Source of the DNA: Gemmatales bacterium
Lineage (GTDB): Bacteria; Planctomycetota; Planctomycetia; Gemmatales; HRBIN36
NCBI GenBank assembly: GCA_041640595.1
Contig: JBEPZY010000009.1
Span: forward strand, 100,263-164,262
Direction of reading: 5' to 3'
DNA: 64,000 nt
The notes beneath the pieces are model-generated. The model had not been told where the DNA came from, did not search any database, and saw only the letters and a program-made list of their open reading frames with translations. Every line of letters starts with the position of its first letter. Position 1 is the stretch's first letter. The position numbers and the translations under genes were made by a program. Shown here one piece after another: positions 52,049 through 61,195 of this stretch.

Positions 52049-54175
52049 ATGATGCGGTTACGAATGCTCATCGTATGCTTGCTCATTCCCCTAAGTGAAT
52101 GGGTTTGCTTAGTCCCGCACTTATACGGGCAGGAAAAGCCGAAGGTCGCCGGCAAATTGCAGGTGAAAGCTACCATCCCTGAGCGACCGGGGAAACGTCC
52201 CATTACCGTGGAGGATATCTGGCAGGTGAAACGCATTGGCCGGATATCGCTGTCTCCCGACGGACGCTGGGTGGTCGCAGAAGTTACCAGTTATGACATG
52301 GAACAAAACGAGTCGAACACCGATTTATATTTATTTAGCACTGAAGGCCACCCAGCCCGTCAACTCACCACGCATCCGGCCAGCGATACGCATCCCGTCT
52401 GGTCTCCGGATGGGCGATGGATCGCCTTTATTTCCAAACGTCAGGGCGACATCGCTCAGGTATGCCTGATTGCTCCCGATGGTGGCGAAGCACGAGTCGT
52501 TTCTAAGTTTCCATCGGACGCCGTTGGTATCAAGTGGTCCCCTGACAGCAAGATGATCTACTGCGTGGTCTGGACCTGGCCGGATACACCGGACGATGAA
52601 AGCCACAAGCGCCGGGAAAAGGAACGCAAGGAGCGCAAATCGCAGGCCGCGATCATTGACGGAGCATTATTTCGTTACTGGGACCGGTGGCTGACCGATG
52701 GTAAAGTGCCGGTACTGTTCGCACTGGATATTGCCACCGGGCAGCACCGTAATCTGTTCGCAGGACTGAACATTCATCTCATCCCCACAAGCGTCTCCGC
52801 TGACGATTTCGACATTGCTCCCGACCATTCCGAGCTTTGCTTCGTCGCCGACAGTAGCAAGGACTTTGGCCGTGAATTCAACGCCGACCTGTATATTCTA
52901 TCTTTAGGTAACAAGCGCACACTAACTAACATTACCGCCGACAACCTCGGCCAGGATTTCTCACCCCGCTATAGTCCCGACGGTAAGTACCTCGCTTTTC
53001 TGCGACAGACTACCCGTTACTTCTATGCGGATCGGCAAAGGCTTATGGTTTACGACCGTTCGACCCGCCAGCATCGGGAAATCACAGCCCAATTCGCTCG
53101 CTCCTGCTCGAATCCTGTCTGGCATCCCGCATCGCGCTTTATATATTTTGAGGCGGAAGATCAGGGTTATGTTAGACTTTACCGTGTGGGACTGGAACAG
53201 GGCAATATCGAGCCTCTGACGAGCGGTTACAGCGATCGGTCGGCGGCATTATCACGGGACGGGAATCGTTTGGTGTTTTTGCGGTCGGACTTCGGCTTGC
53301 CTCCCACCCTCATTGCCATGAACCTGGAAACGCACACCCTTCGGCAATTAGACACTCTAAATCGGGAACTCGTAACTAGCTGGAATCTGGGCAAGGTTGA
53401 AGACGTGTGGTTCCCAGGTGCTGATGATAAGCCCGTGCAGATGTGGGTGGTCTATCCTCCCGAATTCGATAGGACTAAACGCTGGCCTCTATTGCAGATC
53501 GTCCACGGTGGGCCACATAATGCGATCACCAATGAATTTCATTTTCGCTGGAACTTGCACCTGTTTGCTTCTCGCGGTTATGTAGTCGCCTGTGTTAACT
53601 TCCACGGTTCCAGCGGGTTTGGTCAGGATTTCACCGACTCCATTACCGGGGATTTAGCAAATAAGCCTTTTACCGACATTATGAAAGCCACCGACTATTT
53701 AGTGCAACAACCCTATATAGATAAAGAGCGATTAGCAGCGGCAGGAGCCAGTTATGGTGGCTATATGATCGCCTGGATTAACGGCCACACGGACCGATTC
53801 CGATGTTTAGTTTGCCACGCCGGCGTCTATAACTGGCATAGCATGATGGCCTCTGACATCCTGAAGTTTCGCGAACGTGCCCTGGGTGCTCCTCCCTGGG
53901 AAAATATGGAGCGTGTGGATGCACAGTCGCCGCAACGGTTTTCCGCTCATTTCCGTACGCCCACACTTATTTCTCACGGCGAAAAAGATTATCGCGTTCC
54001 GGTTACGCAGGGGTTTGAGTTTTATAACACGTTGCGGCAGAAAGGAATTCCTACTCGACTAATTTACTTCCCCGATGAAAACCACTGGATTCTCAAGCCG
54101 CAAAACTCACGCCTTTGGTATGGTGAGGTTTTTGCCTGGCTGGAACGATATATCGGTCGGGGACCATCTAAGTAG
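52049..54175 (+). CDS. S9-family (prolyl oligopeptidase-like) serine peptidase
   Basis: WSPDG propeller repeats, HGGP, GASYGG, DYRV, ENH. Confidence 0.95.
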   Translation: MMRLRMLIVCLLIPLSEWVCLVPHLYGQEKPKVAGKLQVKATIPERPGKRPITVEDIWQVKRIGRISLSPDGRWVVAEVTSYDMEQNESNTDLYLFSTEGHPARQLTTHPASDTHPVWSPDGRWIAFISKRQGDIAQVCLIAPDGGEARVVSKFPSDAVGIKWSPDSKMIYCVVWTWPDTPDDESHKRREKERKERKSQAAIIDGALFRYWDRWLTDGKVPVLFALDIATGQHRNLFAGLNIHLIPTSVSADDFDIAPDHSELCFVADSSKDFGREFNADLYILSLGNKRTLTNITADNLGQDFSPRYSPDGKYLAFLRQTTRYFYADRQRLMVYDRSTRQHREITAQFARSCSNPVWHPASRFIYFEAEDQGYVRLYRVGLEQGNIEPLTSGYSDRSAALSRDGNRLVFLRSDFGLPPTLIAMNLETHTLRQLDTLNRELVTSWNLGKVEDVWFPGADDKPVQMWVVYPPEFDRTKRWPLLQIVHGGPHNAITNEFHFRWNLHLFASRGYVVACVNFHGSSGFGQDFTDSITGDLANKPFTDIMKATDYLVQQPYIDKERLAAAGASYGGYMIAWINGHTDRFRCLVCHAGVYNWHSMMASDILKFRERALGAPPWENMERVDAQSPQRFSAHFRTPTLISHGEKDYRVPVTQGFEFYNTLRQKGIPTRLIYFPDENHWILKPQNSRLWYGEVFAWLERYIGRGPSK

Positions 54176-54221
54176 CCGACACCACAATCAAGCACCCAAT
54201 TAGAATGGCGAAAACCCGGTC

Positions 54222-55427
54222 TTAGCGTAAGGCTTCTAAGGGACGCAGGCGCGTGGCTATCCAGGAGGGTATTAGTCCGCCGAGTAATCCCATCAGCAGC
54301 GTGAACGAAAAAGCGGTCTTCAACACAAAAGGCGTTACGGTGATCTGAAAGACAACAGTTTTTCCGCCGCCCTGACCGGAGCTGATGAAACTCTTTTGTT
54401 CTATGCCGTGAAACAGGCTGCCAATGAGCATGCCGGTCAGCCCGCCGAGAAGTGCCAGCAGCATCGCTTCGATGAGAAACGAAAGCAGAATTTGCCAGCG
54501 CTGGTAACCGAGAATGCGGAGCACAGCAATATCTTTAGTTCGCTGGCTGACGGCAGCAAACATGGTGTTCATCAAGCCGAACATGCCGCCGACCGCCATA
54601 ATGGCCGCAATAAAAAGTGCCGCGGCCAGAAACAGGGTGTTGGCCTCGGACATGCGCTCGTAATACTTCGGCTCCGGGATAGCACTAAGCTCTAAACCCG
54701 TACGGTCTTTCAGGGTGTCGGCAAACCATTGGGCTAGAGCGGGATCGCGAAGTCGAATAAGGATGGAAGTGAAAAACCGCTGGCCCCGTTCGACATTGTC
54801 TTTACCAAATTGCTGACCGACTACTTCTCGCTTGGCCCAGGTTTCTGAATCAAACGGTGAGCCGCGCGAATCTAATATACCGACCACTTTCCAGGTCAAG
54901 CCTTCGCGGATGTCAAAGGTGCTACCCACATCCAGGCCCAGCAAATTGGCAATACCCTCGCCCATAACGCACTCATCGCCGACCGAACTGAACCATCGTC
55001 CGCGCAACAAACGCAGGCCGTGAACCCGTGCGGCACGCTGCGGATCCATAACGCCCCGCAATTGCAAAAAGCGATAGCGCGGGCGACCGTCTCGTGGATC
55101 GGGCGGCAGTTGCTGAGTGGCGATGGCATAGATTTCCGCGCTGAACAAGGGTTCGCCGGCTTCGTCGGTAGCGACATACTCGTTCAGCCAGACACGAGCC
55201 AGGTCGGCAGTGTCGAGAATATCGCTGAACAATTCGTCGTTCGTACCCTCGCGCAGGACCAGCAAATTGTCCGGTCGGCCAGCGCGGCGAGCAAGCTCGT
55301 TGATACCTTCAACAAACGCCAGCATCACCACCAGTATGGCCACCACCAGCACGAAACCGAGAGCCGTCAAGGCAGTAACACGCCAGCGCACTATCAGATT
55401 CCGCAGGTTATAGCGAAGCGGGATCAT
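54222..55427 (-). CDS. MacB/FtsX-type ABC permease
   Basis: NTMFAAVSQRTKDIAVLRILGY. Confidence 0.93.
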   Translation of the reverse strand: MIPLRYNLRNLIVRWRVTALTALGFVLVVAILVVMLAFVEGINELARRAGRPDNLLVLREGTNDELFSDILDTADLARVWLNEYVATDEAGEPLFSAEIYAIATQQLPPDPRDGRPRYRFLQLRGVMDPQRAARVHGLRLLRGRWFSSVGDECVMGEGIANLLGLDVGSTFDIREGLTWKVVGILDSRGSPFDSETWAKREVVGQQFGKDNVERGQRFFTSILIRLRDPALAQWFADTLKDRTGLELSAIPEPKYYERMSEANTLFLAAALFIAAIMAVGGMFGLMNTMFAAVSQRTKDIAVLRILGYQRWQILLSFLIEAMLLALLGGLTGMLIGSLFHGIEQKSFISSGQGGGKTVVFQITVTPFVLKTAFSFTLLMGLLGGLIPSWIATRLRPLEALR

Positions 55428-55518
55428 CTATCAGGCCCCAGAATCTCGCCGATCGGTTCGTGGGAAGTTCGCATCTGCTAGTGGAGAAGCGAGGTCGCCC
55501 CAGAGCGCCAGGCCATCT

Positions 55519-56772
55519 TTAGCTGACACGGCTGAAAATTTCGGCCACACGCACTCGACAGCCGTTTATCGCCGGCAAGATGCTACCCACCAGTGCCGTT
55601 GCCGCACCGATCCAGGGTCCCCAGTAGTATGCGCGAAGGGGCACGAAGAAAACCGGGAAAAATCCCAAAGGCAGTCGAATTCCTTTGAAGACATAGTTGA
55701 CCAGAAGATGCGGCAGAGCAACGCCGAAAAACCCGCCGCAAATTCCCAGCATCAGACCTTCGCCGAGAATCAGCACGAGAATTTGCCCCGGACTGAAGCC
55801 GAGCACTTTCAAAACAGCGATCTCTTTGGTTCGTTCGCGGACGGTGATACCGATCGCATTGGAAATAACCACCGCCATCACCACCAGAATAGTGGGAACC
55901 AGCAGATAGCGAACCCCGAACAAAATATCTTTGAGCGGTTCAAAGAAGCGATTGACGGCAGTAGCAGCGGTTTCGCATTTGATGTTGCGATTCTGGCTCT
56001 CGATGATAGCACACGCGGCCTGGGCAGTAGGCTGGTCGCGGACAGTCAACCATCCCAGGTTGATGAGGCCCGCCAGTTCGCTCCCGACGTCGGTGAGAAC
56101 GCGCTCGACGTAATCGTAATCAATAAAGGCCGCTTCGTCCCAGCGGGTGTTCTCGGGCAAAACTCCAACCACGATGAAATCCATCTTGACCGGCTGACCA
56201 GTGCGGTCGCGGTGACTGAGTGAGAAAACCTGAAGGCGGTCGCCAACCCGCACCCCCAATCGAGCCAGGCGTTTCGGCCCTAACAATAATCCCGCGTTTT
56301 CCATTCCCGAAACACCGGGATTTTTCAATTTCGCACACAACTCGGGACTTATTCCTTCCAGGCCATCAATCATCGTGGGCATTTTGTCCGGCAGGGTGGC
56401 GATGGCAAAGAAAAACCGGTTCGGATCGCGTCGGCTGAGATCGGGATCGAGGCTGAAAGCCAGGAAATGCCAAAGTGTCCAGGCTTCCGGCAGAAAGCCG
56501 GGCAGTTGCATCAGTCGGGCGTAGGTCTCTCCGCCGGGCAGAACGATGCGATCGAAGTCGGCTTTCTGAAAACGACTGGGAATGCGGAAGCGCTCAGTGA
56601 TAATCAGCCGAATGTTGGTGGTTTTCTCTTCCATTTGCTGATCGAGGAAAGTCAGCACAGACTGAATGAGCACATAAATGGTAACCAGCACGAGAACCGC
56701 AAGTCCGGTCAAGCTGACGCGGACAGGATTGCGCCGAAGATTCTTGAGGATGAGGAGAAAAAGTTTTGCCAT
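55519..56772 (-). CDS. MacB/FtsX-type ABC permease
   Basis: KNLRRNPVR, VRERTKEIAVLKVLGF. Confidence 0.93.
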   Translation of the reverse strand: MAKLFLLILKNLRRNPVRVSLTGLAVLVLVTIYVLIQSVLTFLDQQMEEKTTNIRLIITERFRIPSRFQKADFDRIVLPGGETYARLMQLPGFLPEAWTLWHFLAFSLDPDLSRRDPNRFFFAIATLPDKMPTMIDGLEGISPELCAKLKNPGVSGMENAGLLLGPKRLARLGVRVGDRLQVFSLSHRDRTGQPVKMDFIVVGVLPENTRWDEAAFIDYDYVERVLTDVGSELAGLINLGWLTVRDQPTAQAACAIIESQNRNIKCETAATAVNRFFEPLKDILFGVRYLLVPTILVVMAVVISNAIGITVRERTKEIAVLKVLGFSPGQILVLILGEGLMLGICGGFFGVALPHLLVNYVFKGIRLPLGFFPVFFVPLRAYYWGPWIGAATALVGSILPAINGCRVRVAEIFSRVS

Positions 56773-56992
56773 CGCTGATATCCGTTTTTATCGCTCTGAG
56801 CGCCTGGCTCGCGGTCTGGATCAAGCAACATTTTAGGTATTGCCGCTCGGAGCATTGTATTCGCTGGCCGAGTAATTCTCCTGAGCCGGGGCTTTGACAG
56901 ATACTCCAGCGCTGGGTATGATGACGTTGGCAGAAGCGCTGTGCCACGACAAGTGGAGCGGCGTGCTGTAGAGCAAGGTAGGGCGAAGGCCC

Positions 56993-58006
56993 ATGTGGTC
57001 GGAAACGATTGGGCTGATGCAGCGTATGTGGCAGCAACTGCTGCGAGTGATTCGCCAGTTTTGCTCGCCAGGTCCTGGGCAAGAGCAACTGGCTCCGCCA
57101 CCTGGGCCAGGCAGAGCGATGCCGCTTCGCCGTCTCGAACGGGTGCTGGTCAGTTCTGCCGTGTTGCAATCGCTGTTCGATATGTTTGCCGATCACCGTA
57201 ACGGCGATCGCGGGGAAGAAGAAACTGGCTGGGTGCTGCTGGGTTATCGGCGAGATGCGGAAGCGGTTGTTTTAGCAGCGTTACCGGCTGGCACGAATCG
57301 GGAAGCTGGGGTTGCTCACGTTCGGTTCAATACTCTGGCGCAGGCGGTAGCCACGCGGATTTTGCGAACGCGCGATCGTCAGTTGACCATCCTCGGCGTT
57401 GTCCATACGCATCCTGGGAGTCTGCGTCATCCTAGCCGGGGGGATTACGAAGGTGATAGCGAGTGGGTAAAATTATTGCGCGGAAAAGAAGGCGTGTTCG
57501 GCATAGGGACTGTCGAGGCCGAGCAAGACGACAACTGGCTGCCGATGGTCGCGCAACCCACCGATAATAGCTGGTCATGGCGGGGCATGCGATTCAACTG
57601 GTACGCTTTAGCGGCCGGGGATCGCAACTACCGTACCATTCCCGTGCAGGTGGTGCTTGGAGAAGACCTGGCCCGACCGTTTCTGCCTGTTTGGGAAACG
57701 CTCGAATGGCACGCCGCGGGATTGGAGGAATTGTTCCGGCGTCTTAGCGCCTTGCATGTGGAAGCCTGCTCGGACAGCGACGCTGCCGGGCTGAACTCGT
57801 ACCTGAGCGTTTCTATTCCTCTGGAAAACGGACAAGAAATCCGCGCATTGCTTCACGGCCCGAAGATGCGGTTCTTCTACGACGACGGGGAACAGACATA
57901 CGAAGTCGCGGGAGAACCGCCAGTCGATCGGGGAATTTTCCTGCTGCTGGCCGAACTGGCAAGACGGCGGGAGCTTTGCCAAGCTAGCATCGAAAGCGAA
58001 CCCTGA
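56993..58006 (+). CDS. JAB/MPN/Mov34 metallopeptidase with an additional C-terminal domain
   Basis: EETGWVLLG and HTHPGSLRHPSRGD (HxH-x7-S-x2-D); start uncertain. Confidence 0.9.
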   Translation: MWSETIGLMQRMWQQLLRVIRQFCSPGPGQEQLAPPPGPGRAMPLRRLERVLVSSAVLQSLFDMFADHRNGDRGEEETGWVLLGYRRDAEAVVLAALPAGTNREAGVAHVRFNTLAQAVATRILRTRDRQLTILGVVHTHPGSLRHPSRGDYEGDSEWVKLLRGKEGVFGIGTVEAEQDDNWLPMVAQPTDNSWSWRGMRFNWYALAAGDRNYRTIPVQVVLGEDLARPFLPVWETLEWHAAGLEELFRRLSALHVEACSDSDAAGLNSYLSVSIPLENGQEIRALLHGPKMRFFYDDGEQTYEVAGEPPVDRGIFLLLAELARRRELCQASIESEP

Positions 58007-58095
58007 CGGGACGGCAGAAGAGGAAGGTCCGCGGACTGCGGTAGTCCGCCCTCGCTGGTGTCCCCAGGCGAGTCGCAGGTGAGGAGGTCTGAGCC

Positions 58096-58278
58096 ATGGA
58101 TTTCCGTCCGCTCAACGACACGGAACGACGTACCCTGTTGGCTGCCCTGCGCGCCAACGCACAGGAAGACCGCGCCATCCTCATGGATCGGCGGAACACT
58201 CGTTTTGTTGGTACTGCAGAAGAGGTGCCCGAAGAGGAGGTGATCACCGCCATCAAATCCGTGCCCTGCCATTACTAA
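58096..58278 (+). CDS. 60-aa protein, candidate modifier or substrate of the JAB/E2/E1 cluster
   Basis: GAGGAGG RBS 8 nt upstream of ATG; lies between JAB and E2; ends VPCHY. Confidence 0.75.
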   Translation: MDFRPLNDTERRTLLAALRANAQEDRAILMDRRNTRFVGTAEEVPEEEVITAIKSVPCHY

Positions 58279-58525
58279 ACCGATCAGCGGTTTGTCTGGC
58301 GGTCCAGCCAATCGGGCAGCACGCAAGAAGTGCTGCCGAGCCATTGGGAGCGTGCGCCTGCAAAGCTGTCAGGATCGCTGCCGATTCTGACCGTATCGGT
58401 TAGCGACCTGCAGTTGGGGGTGTGCCACCAAGCACCAGGAGCAACGCGCTTGGTCGCAACGGTGGCCGCCGACAAAGCGGGATTACGGGGAGGGTGCCGG
58501 TCTTCGACAGCGGGTGGTTAGAATT

Positions 58526-59092
58526 ATGACACGCGCGAGCGATGCAGAATGGCGCGGCTCGTTTCGCCACCTACTGCGTCATCTGGTAGGCAGGCATACG
58601 GGCGATTGGACACTGAGCGAATTACTCGGTGAACACTTGCTTGCAGACAGCAGGCAGGAACAGGCCATGGGCTTGCTGGATAGCGAAGTAGGAAAACGAC
58701 GCTTGTTGACCGTCGAAATTCCGGCTATCGAACGCTACAACGAAGGACGTGATCCGGAGTTTCGTATTCGCCTGGTTCGTCAGGGAAGCAATCTGGTGCT
58801 GTGCTACCGTTTGATGCCGACGCACAACGTGTATGAACTGGAGACGCGGCTCTACTCCAGTTATCCCATTGTGCCTCCGGAAACGCGAGTCTTGACGCCT
58901 CTGCGCCACTGTCCGCATCTATTAGAAGGGCAGACTTTGTGTTTGTGGCGGCAGGGTAGCAGTCGGCAAAACAGCCGCTGGGACCCCGCTCGCTACACCT
59001 GCGTGTTTGCGGTGCAAGCAGCTTGGCGGTGGCTCGCTTGCTACGAAGTGTGGTACGACACAGGGGAGTGGCCATTACCGGAAGCTCGTTAG
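58526..59092 (+). CDS. Prokaryotic E2/UBC-fold protein
   Basis: YPIVPP, PHLLEGQTLCLW (Cys codon 58940), WDP, WLACYEVWYDTGEW. Confidence 0.85.
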   Translation: MTRASDAEWRGSFRHLLRHLVGRHTGDWTLSELLGEHLLADSRQEQAMGLLDSEVGKRRLLTVEIPAIERYNEGRDPEFRIRLVRQGSNLVLCYRLMPTHNVYELETRLYSSYPIVPPETRVLTPLRHCPHLLEGQTLCLWRQGSSRQNSRWDPARYTCVFAVQAAWRWLACYEVWYDTGEWPLPEAR

Positions 59093-59130
59093 AATCCGCC
59101 TGACGCGATTCTCGCCCTGGAGCAAACAGC

Positions 59131-59946
59131 ATGGCTCATGTAGTACAGGTGGGTGCCGGAAGTGGTGGAATGGTCGTTCTCGACCTGCTGGCGCGTGAGC
59201 CAGTTGTCTCGCGCATCACCATCATCGAACCGGACATCTATAAACCCCACAACGTGGTTCGGCATTATTTCCCCAGAGAAGCGGCTGGTGCCCATAAAAC
59301 CGAACTGGCACGCCAGTGGTTGTCAGCACTCCGGCCGGAACTTGAGGTGCACTGTCTGGAAGCAGATTTGCTGAACCCAGCGGCGCAAGCCCAAATCGAA
59401 GAACTCGTAGCGACCGCTGATATTGGCGTGTGCGCTGTGGATAATGAGCCGGCGAAATATCACTGGGACGGCTTGATGCGGAAATACAAAAAGCCGTGGA
59501 CACTCGGGGAGGTATTGAGTGGCGGCATTGGGGGCTTTGTGCACCTGTTTCGACCGGATGGCCCATGCTACGGGTGTGTGGCCAGTTATCTAAAGCGCAG
59601 CGTGGAGACGGATAACTCTCCTCCGCCTGATTATTCCCAGCCCGGTGGGCCGGTCTATGAGGTTACGATACCGGCGACCAAGGCAGCCATCACGGCGATC
59701 GCCAGTTTGCATGCCCTGGTAACGCTGGAACTATTGCAGGATCGCAACTACGATCCTGGCTTTACCAGCGTTTTGTTGACGTTGCGGAGAGTACCGCAGG
59801 TGTTTGAGGAAGTCTTGCGACCTTATCGCTTCCGCATTGAGCGAATGCGGGAGTGTTTGTTCTGTGGAGAAGCGGCAACAGCAGGCGCCGCGGAGGACCT
59901 CGATGTGGCGTTGGCTCAGGCTCTTGACCGGTTGGCACATGCGTGA
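59131..59946 (+). CDS. E1/ThiF-family adenylyltransferase
   Basis: VGAGSGG, D..KPHNVVRH, CAVDN, Zn pairs CYGC and CLFC. Confidence 0.93.
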   Translation: MAHVVQVGAGSGGMVVLDLLAREPVVSRITIIEPDIYKPHNVVRHYFPREAAGAHKTELARQWLSALRPELEVHCLEADLLNPAAQAQIEELVATADIGVCAVDNEPAKYHWDGLMRKYKKPWTLGEVLSGGIGGFVHLFRPDGPCYGCVASYLKRSVETDNSPPPDYSQPGGPVYEVTIPATKAAITAIASLHALVTLELLQDRNYDPGFTSVLLTLRRVPQVFEEVLRPYRFRIERMRECLFCGEAATAGAAEDLDVALAQALDRLAHA

Positions 59947-61192
59947 CTGGCTGGCGCATACTTTCAGCTCGCTGCCTCTGGTAACCGCACCACAGGTGCG
60001 GAGCCTGCGCATCAGCTGGAAGAAAAACGGTCTGGAATTCGATACCGTACCGGTTTTGGGCACGGCTGACGAAATCATTGTTCGAGCGGAGTTGCGGTAT
60101 TCCTCATCCACACCCGCCCGCAAGGCCGACCTGCGTTTGCGAGTGGGTCGGCAAAATGTCCCGCCGGAGAGTCTGGTTCTCGCTGAATCCGCCGGCCGGC
60201 TGAACATACACGTCTGCGAGTTTCGTCTGGAGCCGCTTGAAAGTAGCGAGACGGTGGAGCTCTGCTGGCAGGGTCAACTCCTGTGCCAGGCAGCTTTACC
60301 TGTGCTGCCCTTGCGTCAATTCGTAGAGCAGTTGCAGCTGGTACAACCCACCCTGTATGTTACCTTGCGTTCCAACGCCAGCACCGACGCGACTGTTTGC
60401 GAACACACGGTGCCATGCTCGAAATATCCGCGGATCCAGGGTCGGCATGTGCTTGCCAGTGCCCAACTGATAAGCCCGACGCCGCTGGTAGGTTTGCTCG
60501 ATTGCCAGCCGGTTATTCGCTTCCACGAACGGTCAACCGGTCAGTGCTGGGAGGTGCCTTTGCGGCTGAGCGCTGAACAGTTGCAGGCACGGCAGGCCCT
60601 GGTAACCGTACAATGTCCTGTCCGACCCCGCCGTCTTAGCAGCTGGAAAGTCGAGTGGCGGTTGTTGCAGAAGACCCTGGCCTGTTGCGACCTGGAGGTA
60701 CGATCCATGCGCTCGCTGCACCGCTACATCGAACTGGTCGAATCCTACTTCCTTTGCTCCGAAGAGAAAGGCAACCGCATCCGCTTGGAACGGCGATTAC
60801 CCAAGCAATTATCCTGCTCGCGCGTCGGACCGTGCTTTTTGCTGCGCAGCAGAGAAACAGGCTTTCCTTTCCTGATGCGCGTGGAAGTATTCGCTACGCC
60901 TCGTAATGGCGGCGAACCAGTCAAACTGGCCAGCGAGGAAATTCTGGTCAGCGATGCACCAACCCCTTATGTGCCCGGCACGATAGCGGTGCACGACCTG
61001 AGCGACCTGGCTTCCTTTGAGCTTCGCAGTAACGGGTACACCATCGGCCATCTGCCTATCTCACCCGCTCCCAGCGCCAAAATTAACGCTGAAGGGGCGA
61101 TTGAATCAGTTCCGGAGGATAACCGGAGCTGGTCGCGAAGTGACGAGGACGAGTTGAATGAGCGACTTAACCGCCTGATGGAATCTCCGTAA
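59903..61192 (+). CDS. Hypothetical beta-rich protein overlapping the E1 gene
   Basis: GGAGG RBS at 59892, ATG 59903 (alternative 59939); long ORF without TM. Confidence 0.8.
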   Translation: MWRWLRLLTGWHMRDWLAHTFSSLPLVTAPQVRSLRISWKKNGLEFDTVPVLGTADEIIVRAELRYSSSTPARKADLRLRVGRQNVPPESLVLAESAGRLNIHVCEFRLEPLESSETVELCWQGQLLCQAALPVLPLRQFVEQLQLVQPTLYVTLRSNASTDATVCEHTVPCSKYPRIQGRHVLASAQLISPTPLVGLLDCQPVIRFHERSTGQCWEVPLRLSAEQLQARQALVTVQCPVRPRRLSSWKVEWRLLQKTLACCDLEVRSMRSLHRYIELVESYFLCSEEKGNRIRLERRLPKQLSCSRVGPCFLLRSRETGFPFLMRVEVFATPRNGGEPVKLASEEILVSDAPTPYVPGTIAVHDLSDLASFELRSNGYTIGHLPISPAPSAKINAEGAIESVPEDNRSWSRSDEDELNERLNRLMESP

Positions 61193-61195
61193 GGC

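Noticed and set aside
56993..59946. Thiamine/molybdopterin/cysteine sulfur-relay operon or CBASS
   Set aside because: An E2 is present, but no ThiS/MoaD, biosynthetic enzyme, CD-NTase or effector is adjacent
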